Shown: positions 1 through 9,803, numbered from the stretch's first letter. The stretch: DNA of 55,247 nucleotides from an archaeon (GCA_030612665.1 JAUWNL010000003.1:1-55247); one strand, 5' to 3'. The notes: generated by a model from the sequence alone, not told the origin. Translations and numbers: made by a program.

Positions 1-121
1 TTTGATCTTTGATAAATGGAATGACAACTGTCCAAATAATTGCTGCTGCTGCAATCACTATAACAATCAACATAACTGTAGCAATCAAGGGCGCGATTCC
101 TTTCTTGTTTTCTATTTTCAT
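1..121 (-). CDS. Archaeal type IV pilin-like protein (runs off window edge)
   Basis: Manual translation MKIENKKG|IAPLIATVMLIVIVIAAAAIIW: class III signal peptide; not in the ORF track because it is truncated. Confidence 0.8.
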   Translation of the reverse strand, partial: MKIENKKGIAPLIATVMLIVIVIAAAAIIWTVVIPFIKDQ

Positions 122-166
122 TTATTTTTTTACCTCTTTTACTCTTTTATTTTATTATTATTTTGA

Positions 167-637
167 TTATGATGGTGAGGGACATGAAACAACAATTACT
201 TTGTTTTCACAAATATATTCTTCCTGAGCTCCTCCTTCAGTTATGCCAAGCAAGATTGGAATAATTTTTATTCTATCTGGAGCCCAACATGTTGTAATTG
301 ATATTGGGTTAGGGTAAGTTTCTCCAGAACGTAAATCAATAGTCACATCCTGTAATTTTGTTGTTCCTGTATTTGTTATTTCAAATATTTGTATTTTATG
401 AACATGAACATTTCCATTATTTTCTATTTGTAGTTGTGTTCCAATAAAATTTATTTCTAGTTGAATATTAGGACAGGCATTTTCAATTGGAACTCCAAAT
501 TTTTCGATTCTCTCACCTTGAAAACTTCTAACCCATAAAAAGATAATTAAGAATAAAGCAATAGCAATGACAATGAGCAATACTGTTGCTATAATCGGTG
601 AAATACCTTTTTTATTCTTCATTTCCATAATACTCAT
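167..637 (-). CDS. Type IV pilin/archaellin N-terminal-like protein
   Basis: NKKG|ISPIIATVLLIVIAI class III signal peptide; Cys pair in the globular domain. Confidence 0.8.
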   Translation of the reverse strand: MSIMEMKNKKGISPIIATVLLIVIAIALFLIIFLWVRSFQGERIEKFGVPIENACPNIQLEINFIGTQLQIENNGNVHVHKIQIFEITNTGTTKLQDVTIDLRSGETYPNPISITTCWAPDRIKIIPILLGITEGGAQEEYICENKVIVVSCPSPS

Positions 638-684
638 AAATATCTAATCTAATTTAAATAGATTTCTATGTGGTTGGAACTGTC

Positions 685-1161
685 TCACTTTGTTCCACTA
701 AACTCACACCCCACTATTTCCTGAACAATCTTGGCTTCAGGACAAAATTTAGTATAATGTTCTTCATAGTCAAATTTAAATGGAATCACTTCAATTTTTA
801 CTACATCAGCTTCATAAGAAATTGTTTTAGATTTTTCTTCATTAATTTCTAATTCTCCAGACTCTGGAACATCTTCCTCACAAATCACCCAACCATCTTT
901 ATCATATAATTTTACTTTTGCAGAACAAGTAAACCTGCCAGTATTTTTTATTGTGATTGTCATTTTATCGTCTTGACAACTATAATCTATAATAGCCACA
1001 CTAATTCCATCACAAGGCTCTTCTGGAAGAGGAGCTTCAGCATAAAATTTGAGATAAGCATAAACCCCTCCAGCCATTGCAAGCGCAAGCGTAATTAACA
1101 AGACATATGATATTAATTCACTAATCCCTTTTTTGTTTTTCATTCCCAGCTTTATTTTCAT
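685..1161 (-). CDS. Type IV pilin-like protein
   Basis: NKKG|ISELISYVLLITLAL class III signal peptide. Confidence 0.75.
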   Translation of the reverse strand: MKIKLGMKNKKGISELISYVLLITLALAMAGGVYAYLKFYAEAPLPEEPCDGISVAIIDYSCQDDKMTITIKNTGRFTCSAKVKLYDKDGWVICEEDVPESGELEINEEKSKTISYEADVVKIEVIPFKFDYEEHYTKFCPEAKIVQEIVGCEFSGTK

Positions 1162-1532
1162 TTTTCACATACATAAAATTCATTTTCTTTTTCTCGCGTC
1201 ATCCTAAAACTAAAAGTTTGATAATCTCCAGATGTATTATAATTATATTCAATTTCAACATCATATTCATCTTCAAATTTTCCTGTTAAACTTTTTAATT
1301 CATCAATAAATGTTTGGCTAAGAGGATTTGGTTGTTCTGTCTCTGTTATAAATTCTTTATGAAGTTGTTGAGCTTCATAATAATAATTTTCGCACACAAG
1401 ATTAAATTGTTCAAGCGCAGTATTTTTTGTTTCAGATGTATTGAACAAAACTGTAGCACTCAACAATAAAGCTCCTATGACCACAGCCATGATAAGGAAA
1501 AACTGTCCTTTTTTACCTCTTTTTCTTTTCAT
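1158..1532 (-). CDS. Class III signal peptide protein (minor pilin-like)
   Basis: KKG|QFFLIMAVVIG; ATGA overlap with next gene. Confidence 0.65.
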   Translation of the reverse strand: MKRKRGKKGQFFLIMAVVIGALLLSATVLFNTSETKNTALEQFNLVCENYYYEAQQLHKEFITETEQPNPLSQTFIDELKSLTGKFEDEYDVEIEYNYNTSGDYQTFSFRMTREKENEFYVCEK

Positions 1533-1557
1533 CTTTTACTTTATTCTTATTTTAAGT

Positions 1558-1818
1558 GAGCAGGCCCAGAAATTGCTTAATACCAAACTAAGAAGTTTAC
1601 CCAACTTCTTCTTGATTTTGCAACCCCACAAGCATCTAAACTCTAATTTAGGGCTGCTTCCTTCCGGAACTGACCCGCTTCCTTAAAGCAAGATCAAGCA
1701 GGACAAAATTTCATTGTTGAAATCAGGACTTTTTAGTTAATATATCACTCATCCTGTCAGGTCTGCCATAAAGCCCGTTTGCAAATGGCGCAGGGCTAAC
1801 ACGCCAACCCGCCTGCTC
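1558..1818 (-). ncRNA. ffs: Archaeal SRP (7S) RNA
   Basis: GC-rich island; helix-8 motif GGUCAGUUCCGGAAGGAAGCAGCC; complementary ends GAGCAGGC/GCCUGCUC; 5' Alu-like hairpins. Confidence 0.88.
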
Positions 1819-1949
1819 GAATAAATCAAGAAATAGTGTTTTTTAAAGCTTGTTATTTGCTTATTTAGAATTTTAAGAAATTATTACTTAACAAAAATTT
1901 ATAATATAAAAAGAAAGATTTATAAGTATCAATAGAAAAAGTTGTTAAT

Positions 1950-2684
1950 ATGACAAAAATAATAAAATATATAGTAGGATTCCCATTAAATATAAAACCC
2001 CGATCAAGAATATTTGAAAATTTTAAGAAAATCTATCAATTTAAAAAAGAGAAGGTTGATGTTTGGGCATATAGCGGCCCCTTCACAAGAGAAGATTTTG
2101 ATGCATTACACAGTATATTAACCTCTGAACAATATTTTAATTTAAAAAATATTACTCTAAGGAACAGGTCAAAGATATTGTCTTTAGTAAAAGAGAGTAT
2201 ATTCGGTAATCTTCAATTAACTAACAAATACCACAAAGAACAACTAAAAAGTCTGCCAGAAACTTCTGAAAATTTCTTGCCAACATTGGAAGAATTACTT
2301 GATCATAAAGACTCCCCTTTATGTTGGGATGATGCTCAAAGATACTTATTAGAACAAGCTAAAAAAAGTGGGTTGCATGTTCCAATTTCATTTTCTTATT
2401 ATTATGAAAATATGTTTGAAGATTTGACATATAATAAAAAAGTTTTAGTATTTATAAATAATATTTTAGAGGGAAAAGTTACTTTAAGAAAAACAGGTCA
2501 ATATAATGATCCAAGAGCAGGATATTTTGAAGAAGGAAAAATAAAAATTAATGTTTTAGGACAAGAAAAAAGAGCAGATTGGAATTCATGGCAAGGTAAT
2601 TCTTTAAGATGGATAGTTGATCCTAAAATAAGAAAGGGAATTCTAAAGGAAAAAGAAGAAGGAATTATATTCATAAGATTATGA
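1950..2684 (+). CDS. Hypothetical protein
   Basis: 244-aa ORF with AAAGATTTATA promoter-like motif upstream; no family recognised. Confidence 0.65.
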   Translation: MTKIIKYIVGFPLNIKPRSRIFENFKKIYQFKKEKVDVWAYSGPFTREDFDALHSILTSEQYFNLKNITLRNRSKILSLVKESIFGNLQLTNKYHKEQLKSLPETSENFLPTLEELLDHKDSPLCWDDAQRYLLEQAKKSGLHVPISFSYYYENMFEDLTYNKKVLVFINNILEGKVTLRKTGQYNDPRAGYFEEGKIKINVLGQEKRADWNSWQGNSLRWIVDPKIRKGILKEKEEGIIFIRL

Positions 2685-2757
2685 AAATATTCTTGAAACT
2701 ATTATTAGATAATTTTTTTACTAAATCCATCAATCAATATTTTCACAGAACTCTTTT

Positions 2758-3474
2758 TCACCATGTTGCATGATCAATTCTTATATTAAATTCTACAAGC
2801 TCATCATTGACTAGAACTGGACAAGCATATTCATTATCAAAACTATTACAATATTCTTTATTTTCATTTATAGGATCTTCAACAAGAACACTATATTGTC
2901 CATTTGGCAAACCTATTTCATAATATCCCTCTTGATTTGATATGACAGTTACAATTGGTTCTTGTTTTATAATTTTACATTCAAATGGATTTTCAAGTTT
3001 TTCACAAAAAGTATATCTAATTAATTTATTATCTTTTTCAGGACAGGACATATACCATCCTTCACTCCTAGAACCAATTAACTCACAGGTTATTTCGCAA
3101 TCACAGCTTTCACCAGATATTTCTTCACTGTCTTCATACCAAACAGATGTTCCAAGATAATACCCTTCTTTAATATCATCTTTACCTATTAATTCATAAA
3201 TTTTTACTGTAGTTGAAAGTTTATTTATTAAACATTCGAGGCCTGCTGGAGGCATACAATTTCCTTGATATAAGGTAACATGTCCTTTGATTCCTTTTTC
3301 TATCTGTGTACTTTTACAATCTTCTGGACAGTTTTCATAATTTTCTCCTTCCTCGCAAACATGGTCTCCACAATAAGGCTCTTTTTCTTCTTTAACCACA
3401 AAGAGAAAGAGTATTGCTATTACGAATAAAAAAATTATCAAAGAAGTAATAAGAATAACTTTATAATTTCCCAT
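2758..3474 (-). CDS. Membrane-anchored Cys-rich extracellular protein
   Basis: N-terminal TM; CGDHVCEEGENYENCPEDC motif; C-terminal SNQEGYYEIGLPNGQYSV carboxypeptidase-regulatory-like beta-sandwich. Confidence 0.7.
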   Translation of the reverse strand: MGNYKVILITSLIIFLFVIAILFLFVVKEEKEPYCGDHVCEEGENYENCPEDCKSTQIEKGIKGHVTLYQGNCMPPAGLECLINKLSTTVKIYELIGKDDIKEGYYLGTSVWYEDSEEISGESCDCEITCELIGSRSEGWYMSCPEKDNKLIRYTFCEKLENPFECKIIKQEPIVTVISNQEGYYEIGLPNGQYSVLVEDPINENKEYCNSFDNEYACPVLVNDELVEFNIRIDHATW

Positions 3475-3496
3475 ATTTTTTTGAGTTGTCTTGTAT

Positions 3497-3673
3497 TTAA
3501 TTAAGTTTCCCTTCCAATCTTTTTATCTTCATAATCCAATCTCTATCTTCTGGCCTTTTTATTACTTTTGCTTCTTTATTCTTTATTTCTATCACAAAGG
3601 TCCTATAATACGATTTATTATTATCAAAGAATTCAAAAGTTATTTTATAATGTTCGCTCTTTTCTTCACTCAT
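3497..3673 (-). CDS. Small hypothetical protein (58 aa, MSEEKSEHYKITFEFF...)
   Basis: Manual translation, ATG to TAA, below the ORF-track cutoff; co-oriented with downstream gene. Confidence 0.45.
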   Translation of the reverse strand: MSEEKSEHYKITFEFFDNNKSYYRTFVIEIKNKEAKVIKRPEDRDWIMKIKRLEGKLN

Positions 3674-3718
3674 TTTTCTATCTGTCTATCTGTTTTATTT
3701 TTATTTTTATTTTCAAAG

Positions 3719-3729
3719 TGCGGGAGACA
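3719..3729 (-). repeat. 11-bp direct repeat of tRNA-Leu 3' end (att-like)
   Basis: TGCGGGAGACA identical to 4545-4555. Confidence 0.8.
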
Positions 3730-3826
3730 CGCAGAAAATTATCTTAGCATATCGCTAAGATTTAGCTTTTTTAATCTTTTTAATTTTATCATTCTAATGA
3801 GTCCTAATATTTATAATTTTTCTTTT

Positions 3827-4186
3827 TTAATTTAAATCTAAACTTATTTTAATTGCTAAATCTACTTTCTTCAAAATATAAGGATCCAAAGAACCAATTT
3901 TTTTTATCAATCTTGTTCTATCAATTGTTCTGATTTGGTTTAATAGAATAGTTGAATCTTTGTTTAATTTAGAATCTTTCTTAAGAATAAAAACATTTGT
4001 AGGAAACTCCTTTTCATAAACTTTTGAGGTAATTGCAGCAACTATTGTTATTGGAGAATGTTTATTAGATATATCATTTTGAATTATTAATACAGGCCTA
4101 ATCCCCCCCTGTTCACTTCCTTTTATTGGTTCTAAATTTGCAAGAAAAATTTCTCCTCTTTTTGGAATCATATTTACCATTCCCAT
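3827..4186 (-). CDS. mazF: PemK/MazF family toxin (endoribonuclease)
   Basis: RGEIFLANLEPIKGSEQGGIRPVLIIQND...QIRTIDRTRL signature. Confidence 0.95.
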   Translation of the reverse strand: MGMVNMIPKRGEIFLANLEPIKGSEQGGIRPVLIIQNDISNKHSPITIVAAITSKVYEKEFPTNVFILKKDSKLNKDSTILLNQIRTIDRTRLIKKIGSLDPYILKKVDLAIKISLDLN

Positions 4187-4404
4187 TCATCTAAATTTTC
4201 TATTGCTTCAAACTCTTTTGCAATCTTTAAATTTTCTTTTGCCATCTCTTTACAACCTTCTATTAAAAGTTGCTTTTGTTCTCTCCTATTTTTTTCAGCA
4301 ATTTTCATTAGATCTAAAATTACTTCTTCATAAGTTTCTTTATTAGTCTTCATTTTATCTAAAGCATTCTTAACATTTTCATTAAGCTGTATGGTGGTTA
4401 TCAT
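4174..4404 (-). CDS. Cognate antitoxin (ribbon-helix-helix-like)
   Basis: TTIQLNENVKNALDKMK...ETYEEVI RHH-like N-terminus; LIEGCKEMAKENL MazE/EndoAI-like C-terminus; overlaps mazF. Confidence 0.8.
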   Translation of the reverse strand: MITTIQLNENVKNALDKMKTNKETYEEVILDLMKIAEKNRREQKQLLIEGCKEMAKENLKIAKEFEAIENLDEWEW

Positions 4405-4406
4405 TT

Positions 4407-4427
4407 AACTATAGAATTTCTATAGTT
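4407..4427. promoter_or_regulatory. Perfect inverted repeat, putative TA autoregulatory operator
   Basis: AACTATAGAA-T-TTCTATAGTT between the TATA box (TTTATAAA 4426-4433) and the antitoxin start. Confidence 0.7.
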
Positions 4428-4544
4428 TATAAATATTTTGTTTTTAAGTCTTAAGGGTTTATTTTCATGGTTTTATTATTGTTCTTATATTTTTATACGC
4501 CCTATGGAGGGTGTACATCCCATGAAAATGCTAGAAAGATAGTA

Positions 4545-4628
4545 TGCGGGAGACAGGGTTCGAACCTGCGTAGGCACTAAGCCACAGGATCTTAAGTCCT
4601 GTTCGTTTGACCACTCCGACACTCCCGC
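4545..4628 (-). tRNA. tRNA-Leu(TAA)
   Basis: Cloverleaf; CAGGA-CTTAAGA-TCCTG anticodon arm; long variable arm; CCA not encoded. Confidence 0.96.
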
Positions 4629-4671
4629 ATACGAGAAAAAGAGAAAAGAAAGTATAAAAATTTAACTCTTG

Positions 4672-6090
4672 CTAACCCTTAACAACGCCAATTGGCTTTA
4701 ATCTAACAACAAGATTTCCGATTCCTGCTTCATGACTAACTCTAACAACTTCTTCTATGTCTTTGTAAACCTGGGGAGCTTCTTCTGCAAGTCCTCTCCA
4801 ACTCCCAGTCTCAATATCAATTCCTTTTTTTTCTAATTCCTGCTTTATTTTTTCTCCACTGATAGTTTTTCTTGCCCGAGTTCTTGACATTAATCTTCCT
4901 GCACCGTGTGCAGTGCTGCTAAATGATACTTCTTCTGCTTTTTTTGTTCCTATTAAGACATAAGATGCAGTCCCCATATTTCCTGGAATAAGAACAGGCT
5001 GGCCAACTTTTCTATAATCACTTGGAACTTCTGGATGGCCAGGGCCAAAAGAACGAGTTGCTCCTTTTCTCATAATTAAAACCTGTTTTTCTTTTCCGTC
5101 AATAATATGTTTTTCAAATTTAGCAATATTATGACAAATGTCATAAACAACATCTATTTTTAGGTTAGGAAAATAATGTTTTAGATCCTGTCTAACCCAA
5201 TGAGTTATAAGCTGTTTATTTGCAAAAGCAAAATTAGCAGCAGCGGCCATAGCTGACAGATATTTCTTTCCAAGCTCACTTTTTATTGGAGCATTTACTA
5301 ATTCTCTGTCTTGTTTTGGCCATCCATATTTATTCTCCATTTCTTTAATATAATCACTTGCTACCTGATGCCCTAACCCTCTTGAGCCACAGTGAATCAT
5401 AATTGTAATTTGTCCTTTTTCTAAACCAAAAATTTTAGCAATTTTTTCATCAAAAATTTCATCGACAACCTGAATTTCTAAAAAATGATTTCCAGCCCCA
5501 AGGCTTCCTAATTGAGATTTGCCTCTTGATTTTGCTCTTTCTGAAACTGCAGAAGAATCTGCTCCCTTAATACAACCTTGTTCTTCTGTATGAAGATAAT
5601 CTTGGTTAATACCATAACCTTTTTTAACAGCCCATTGAGCTCCTTCTTTTAAAACATCATTTAGTTCTTGTTTACTAAGTTTTAATTTGCTTCCTTTTCC
5701 TACTCCTGAAGGAATTGTTCTAAACAAAGAATGAATAATTTCTTTTTTGCCTTTTTTTTCTATATCTTCAAGTTTTAAATTTGTTTTTAGTAAACGAACA
5801 GAGCAATTAATGTCATAGCCAATTTCGCCTGGAGAAATTACTCCCTTATTTATATCAAATGCAGAAACTCCCCCTATACATGCCCCATATCCTTGGTGAG
5901 CGTCCGCGCATACTACTATATTTTTCAAAACTCCTGGCAAAGAAGCCATATTCATAGACTGTTTAATTGTATCATCTTGTTTTATCTTTTCTAGTAATTT
6001 TTTAGATGCAAAAATTATAACTGGAACTTTCATATCCCCAAATTTTTCTATTTTCCAAGTTACATCATTTATTTTTTTAATTTCAACCAT
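4672..6090 (-). CDS. rtcB: RtcB tRNA-splicing/RNA ligase
   Basis: DAHQGYG, GYDINC, GNHFLE, HCGSRGLGHQ, HGAGR, EEAP motifs; probable start MVEIKK at 6090. Confidence 0.96.
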   Translation of the reverse strand: MVEIKKINDVTWKIEKFGDMKVPVIIFASKKLLEKIKQDDTIKQSMNMASLPGVLKNIVVCADAHQGYGACIGGVSAFDINKGVISPGEIGYDINCSVRLLKTNLKLEDIEKKGKKEIIHSLFRTIPSGVGKGSKLKLSKQELNDVLKEGAQWAVKKGYGINQDYLHTEEQGCIKGADSSAVSERAKSRGKSQLGSLGAGNHFLEIQVVDEIFDEKIAKIFGLEKGQITIMIHCGSRGLGHQVASDYIKEMENKYGWPKQDRELVNAPIKSELGKKYLSAMAAAANFAFANKQLITHWVRQDLKHYFPNLKIDVVYDICHNIAKFEKHIIDGKEKQVLIMRKGATRSFGPGHPEVPSDYRKVGQPVLIPGNMGTASYVLIGTKKAEEVSFSSTAHGAGRLMSRTRARKTISGEKIKQELEKKGIDIETGSWRGLAEEAPQVYKDIEEVVRVSHEAGIGNLVVRLKPIGVVKG

Positions 6091-6106
6091 TTTTTCTTTT
6101 CTTAAT

Positions 6107-6526
6107 TTAAACATCCACAACAACTTGGCATATAAATTTATCTTTTTGTTTTTTCACAAACATTTCATTATATGTTATAGCTTTAACATCTAGTTCAGTT
6201 TTATAATTTTTAGCATTGTCTCCTAAAGCTTCCACGTTTAACTCATAATCTCCATTTTTCTTATTTATTTTTAGATTTTTAATTTTTCCAAGCAAAAAAT
6301 CTTTAGAATCTAATAAAAAAATAAATTCTTCTAAAAAATTATAAAGCAAATTCTCTAAATCTTTTCCCTTAATTTTTATTTGTTTTTTAATTAAGGGTTT
6401 TATTTTCTCTTTGCACATAATATTGATAAGCGCATAACTTGCATTTTCAAAAGCTTTTTCTAATGTTTTGCCGAATGCCTGAAACTTAACATCAGCAGTA
6501 TGTTCTAAAAATTTATATTTTCTCAT
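6107..6526 (-). CDS. Archease
   Basis: FLEHTADV...VKAITY...VVDV; immediately upstream of rtcB; start MRKYK. Confidence 0.95.
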   Translation of the reverse strand: MRKYKFLEHTADVKFQAFGKTLEKAFENASYALINIMCKEKIKPLIKKQIKIKGKDLENLLYNFLEEFIFLLDSKDFLLGKIKNLKINKKNGDYELNVEALGDNAKNYKTELDVKAITYNEMFVKKQKDKFICQVVVDV

Positions 6527-6533
6527 TTTATTT

Positions 6534-6935
6534 CTATTCCCAGATATATAATGTAAATTTTTTATAATTTTCAGATGATGCAATAATGATTGAAGAAGCA
6601 AAAATTTCTTTGTTTAATGGTTTTTCCATTCCTCCCTCACAACTCTTTGGAGTTACGAGATCCTCAATTGAGAATGCATAATCATAATCTAGAATTATAT
6701 TTCCACAATCTAAGTCATCACAATTTAGATTTAAGATTTCTTGTCTGATTACATTATCTTTTTCTATCTTTAAGACAAGATCATTTGCCCTTTGTTGCAT
6801 GTTTGTTTCCTTTACTTCTGCTTTATTCATTATAATCATTACAAACCCAATAAGTATGATTATGGCCATGCAAGCTTCTACAACACGAAGCCATCCTCTT
6901 TTATTTTTGCTTTTACCAAACACGTAAGATAACAT
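6534..6935 (-). CDS. Class III signal peptide protein (pilin-like)
   Basis: NKRG|WLRVVEACMAIIILIG. Confidence 0.6.
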   Translation of the reverse strand: MLSYVFGKSKNKRGWLRVVEACMAIIILIGFVMIIMNKAEVKETNMQQRANDLVLKIEKDNVIRQEILNLNCDDLDCGNIILDYDYAFSIEDLVTPKSCEGGMEKPLNKEIFASSIIIASSENYKKFTLYIWE

Positions 6936-7446
6936 TTTCTGTTGTTATTCCACCATTTTTTAATAATTTAATTTCAATTTCCTTTGCATTTATTGAGACT
7001 TGTTCTGGAGGTTTTTCACTATTTGTCGTAGGTTTTTCATCAATAATTATTTGAAAATCCTTCTCTGAGTCAAATGTATCAATAGCATCATAATCATAAA
7101 TATTTATTTTCATTGGAAAAGTGTAATGTTCCTCACTAAATTCACATTCAGATACTATATTTGCCATATCCGTCTCATTCGTATAAACTTTATAATAAAG
7201 TAATTCTTCTTTAACAATTACCTTGCCACTATAACAACCCATACTTGTTTTAGTATAAAATACTAAATTATATTGCGATTTTGTACGTTCTTTAAATTCT
7301 TCTTCAAGAGCATTGAGTTGAACTTGAGAAGGTTCTTCTGAAATAAAAGTTGGTCTTGCTAAAATCATCACCATCACAATCCCCGCTAAAAAAATTACAA
7401 TTGAGAGAATTGCTTCAATATGGGTTATGCCTCTTTTATTCCTCAT
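6913..7446 (-). CDS. Class III signal peptide protein (pilin-like)
   Basis: NKRG|ITHIEAILSIVIFLAG with E at +5. Confidence 0.65.
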   Translation of the reverse strand: MRNKRGITHIEAILSIVIFLAGIVMVMILARPTFISEEPSQVQLNALEEEFKERTKSQYNLVFYTKTSMGCYSGKVIVKEELLYYKVYTNETDMANIVSECEFSEEHYTFPMKINIYDYDAIDTFDSEKDFQIIIDEKPTTNSEKPPEQVSINAKEIEIKLLKNGGITTENVILRVW

Positions 7447-7610
7447 GTTTTTAATATGATTTTTATTCTTTTAATGTTTTTGTTTTCTCTTTCTAGTTTC
7501 TTTTCATCTTTAAAAAAGCTTTTAAACCTTAAAAATTTAATGAATTGATTTTTAAAGGTTCTTAAAAATTTAACAGAAATTTTTATAAACTTTTAAAACT
7601 TACTGGGTTT

Positions 7611-8219
7611 ATGAGTGACAGAAGAAAGGTAAAAAAGGTTATAAAAAAAACATGGAATTTTCTATGGAAGAGCAATAGTATTTGGAGTTGGTTAATTGAC
7701 CTGGTACTTATATTTTTAATTGTTAAGTTTATCTTTTTTCCATTATTTGGATTGATTTTCGCTACTTCCTTACCTTTTGTCATAGTTGAGAGTGATAGTA
7801 TGCATCATCACGGAAATTTTGATGAATGGTATAATCAATTTGGTTCTTGGTATGAAAATAATGGCCTTACAAAACAAGAAATTATTGAATGGCCTTATGG
7901 AAATGGACTTGATAAAGGAGACATAATAATTGTTCTGGGAAAAGAACCAGGAGAGTATGAGGTGGGAGATATAATTATCTTTAAGACGAAAGTTCAAACT
8001 ACTCCCATCATTCACAGGCTTGTTGATGTTGAACAAGAAGAAAATGAATTTATTTTTTCAACAAAAGGCGACAATAATCAAAGACAGTTAGTTTATTTTG
8101 GATTTAACATTGAAAAAGACATTAAACAAGAAAATGTTCTTGGCAGAGCTGGTTTAAGAATTCCATATCTTGGATGGGTTAAACTAGTTTTTGTGGAATT
8201 GTTTAAAGGATTCTCTTAA
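7611..8219 (+). CDS. Signal peptidase I (Sec11/S26B type)
   Basis: VESDSM catalytic Ser, PIIHR catalytic His, TKGDNN, IPYLGW. Confidence 0.92.
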   Translation: MSDRRKVKKVIKKTWNFLWKSNSIWSWLIDLVLIFLIVKFIFFPLFGLIFATSLPFVIVESDSMHHHGNFDEWYNQFGSWYENNGLTKQEIIEWPYGNGLDKGDIIIVLGKEPGEYEVGDIIIFKTKVQTTPIIHRLVDVEQEENEFIFSTKGDNNQRQLVYFGFNIEKDIKQENVLGRAGLRIPYLGWVKLVFVELFKGFS

Positions 8220-8381
8220 ATTCTTTCTAATTTAATAATATTTTTTCTTATATCTTCTTATATATTTTCAAAAAACACAAACTATTTAAACGACTAAAAG
8301 TTACAACAACCTAATTTATAATCATTAAAAAAGAGCTAGAAAATAATAATCTAAAAAATACTAAAGCATTAAAAAAGAAAA

Positions 8382-8690
8382 ATGAAATTTTGTCCTAAAT
8401 GTGGTTCGATTCTCATTCAAAAGAAAAAGAGATTTGCATGTCCAAAGTGTGGTTATGTATCTAAAGACAAAATCAAGCTAATGAGTTCTGAAAAAATAGT
8501 GAGCAATAGTAAGATAGCAGTGCTTCATGAAAAAGATTCAAATGTTTGGCCAATAGTTTCAGTAACATGTTCAAAATGCGGCAATGATCAAGCTTTTTTC
8601 TGGACTGCCCAGATGAGGGCAGCAGATGAAGCAGAAACAAGATTCTTTCGCTGCACCAAATGTAAACATACCTGGCGAGAATACTCTTAA
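8382..8690 (+). CDS. tfs: Transcription factor S
   Basis: Two Zn ribbons; QMRAADE...FFRCTKCKHTWREY. Confidence 0.95.
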   Translation: MKFCPKCGSILIQKKKRFACPKCGYVSKDKIKLMSSEKIVSNSKIAVLHEKDSNVWPIVSVTCSKCGNDQAFFWTAQMRAADEAETRFFRCTKCKHTWREYS

Positions 8691-8772
8691 CAATACTTTT
8701 GATTTTTTTTGATTAATTGGATTAATTGGGAAATGCAAAGTTTATAAATTAGTTTTCTTTTTCAATTCCATT

Positions 8773-8844
8773 GGGCCCGTAGCTCAATGGTAGAGCACTT
8801 GGCTCTTAACCAAGGTGTTGCGGGTTCGAAACCCGTCGGGCCCA
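8773..8844 (+). tRNA. tRNA-Lys(CTT)
   Basis: GGGCCCG acceptor stem; CTTGG-CTCTTAA-CCAAG anticodon arm. Confidence 0.96.
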
Positions 8845-8882
8845 TTCCTTATTTTATTCCATTCCTTATCCCATATTTCAAA

Positions 8883-9236
8883 ATGAATGAAGAAAAAAGA
8901 AATAAAATTCTCAATTTAATTGATAAAGCTAGAAAAGAACACGCATTAATTATTGTCGAAGGTAAAAAAGACGAAGCAGCTTTAAAAAAACTTGATCTGA
9001 TTAATATCTTCATTCTCAAGAAAGGAAATCTTCCAGATGCAATTGAGAACATAATTAATAAAAAAATAAAGAAGTGTGTTATTCTTACTGATTTTGATTG
9101 TGAAGGCAGAAAACTCTATATGATCCTTAAACGAGAACTTGTAAAAAATGGTATCAGAATCGATGATAAACTAAGAATAATTTTAATGAAAGAAAAATTA
9201 AGTCATATTGAAGGAATTGATACCTTCTTATCTTAA
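8883..9236 (+). CDS. Toprim domain protein (small primase-like)
   Basis: IIVEGKKD and ILTDFDCEG motifs; start moved to MNEEKR because the track ORF begins inside the tRNA. Confidence 0.88.
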   Translation: MNEEKRNKILNLIDKARKEHALIIVEGKKDEAALKKLDLINIFILKKGNLPDAIENIINKKIKKCVILTDFDCEGRKLYMILKRELVKNGIRIDDKLRIILMKEKLSHIEGIDTFLS

Positions 9237-9803
9237 TTAATATTTCAAGTTTTCTTTACAATTCTCACATACAAACATATCTCTAAATTTATATAACAAG
9301 TCAAAAGCCCCACACTCATCACAAGCACCTTCCCTCATCCATTTTTCTCCACCAGTCCCTCTTATCCTTTTCCATTTCTGCTCTTCTTCTTTAATCTGCC
9401 AATGCTCTAACGCAATGTCAAGCAAGGTTGGTTGAATCTTTAATATGTCTTTTAATGTAACCATTCCAATAACTTTTCCATCAACAAGAACAGGCAACCA
9501 TCTAGCTTTGCTCTTTTTCATCTTGAGCATGGCTTGATATATATCTTTTGAAGGAGGTATAGTTGCTGGTTTTTTTGTCATTACGTTACTAGCTGTAGTC
9601 TTCTCTAAATCTTTTTTCTTGACTAACGCTCGAAGAATGTCCTTTTCAGTGATCAAGCCAACAAAATGTTGATTTTCTTTGACAATAAGCGATCCAACTT
9701 TATGATTAACCATTTCCCTAGAACACTTAGAAAGATTATGGATAGGTTTGACTGAGATAAAATTCCTGGTCATAATATCTCCAACTTTAATTCCAGTTTT
9801 CAT
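9237..9803 (-). CDS. CBS-pair protein with C-terminal Zn ribbon
   Basis: VGDIMT, GLITEKDI, GMVTLKDI; CDECG...CENC. Confidence 0.9.
   Translation of the reverse strand: MKTGIKVGDIMTRNFISVKPIHNLSKCSREMVNHKVGSLIVKENQHFVGLITEKDILRALVKKKDLEKTTASNVMTKKPATIPPSKDIYQAMLKMKKSKARWLPVLVDGKVIGMVTLKDILKIQPTLLDIALEHWQIKEEEQKWKRIRGTGGEKWMREGACDECGAFDLLYKFRDMFVCENCKENLKY

Noticed and set aside
1441-1686. Plus-strand ORF and the many other antisense shadow ORFs (e.g. 20126, 24319, 39911, 47291)
   Set aside because: They lie opposite well-supported genes or the SRP RNA and have no recognisable motifs.
8787-8882. 5' part of track ORF 8787..9236
   Set aside because: Overlaps tRNA-Lys; the real start is most likely ATG 8883.
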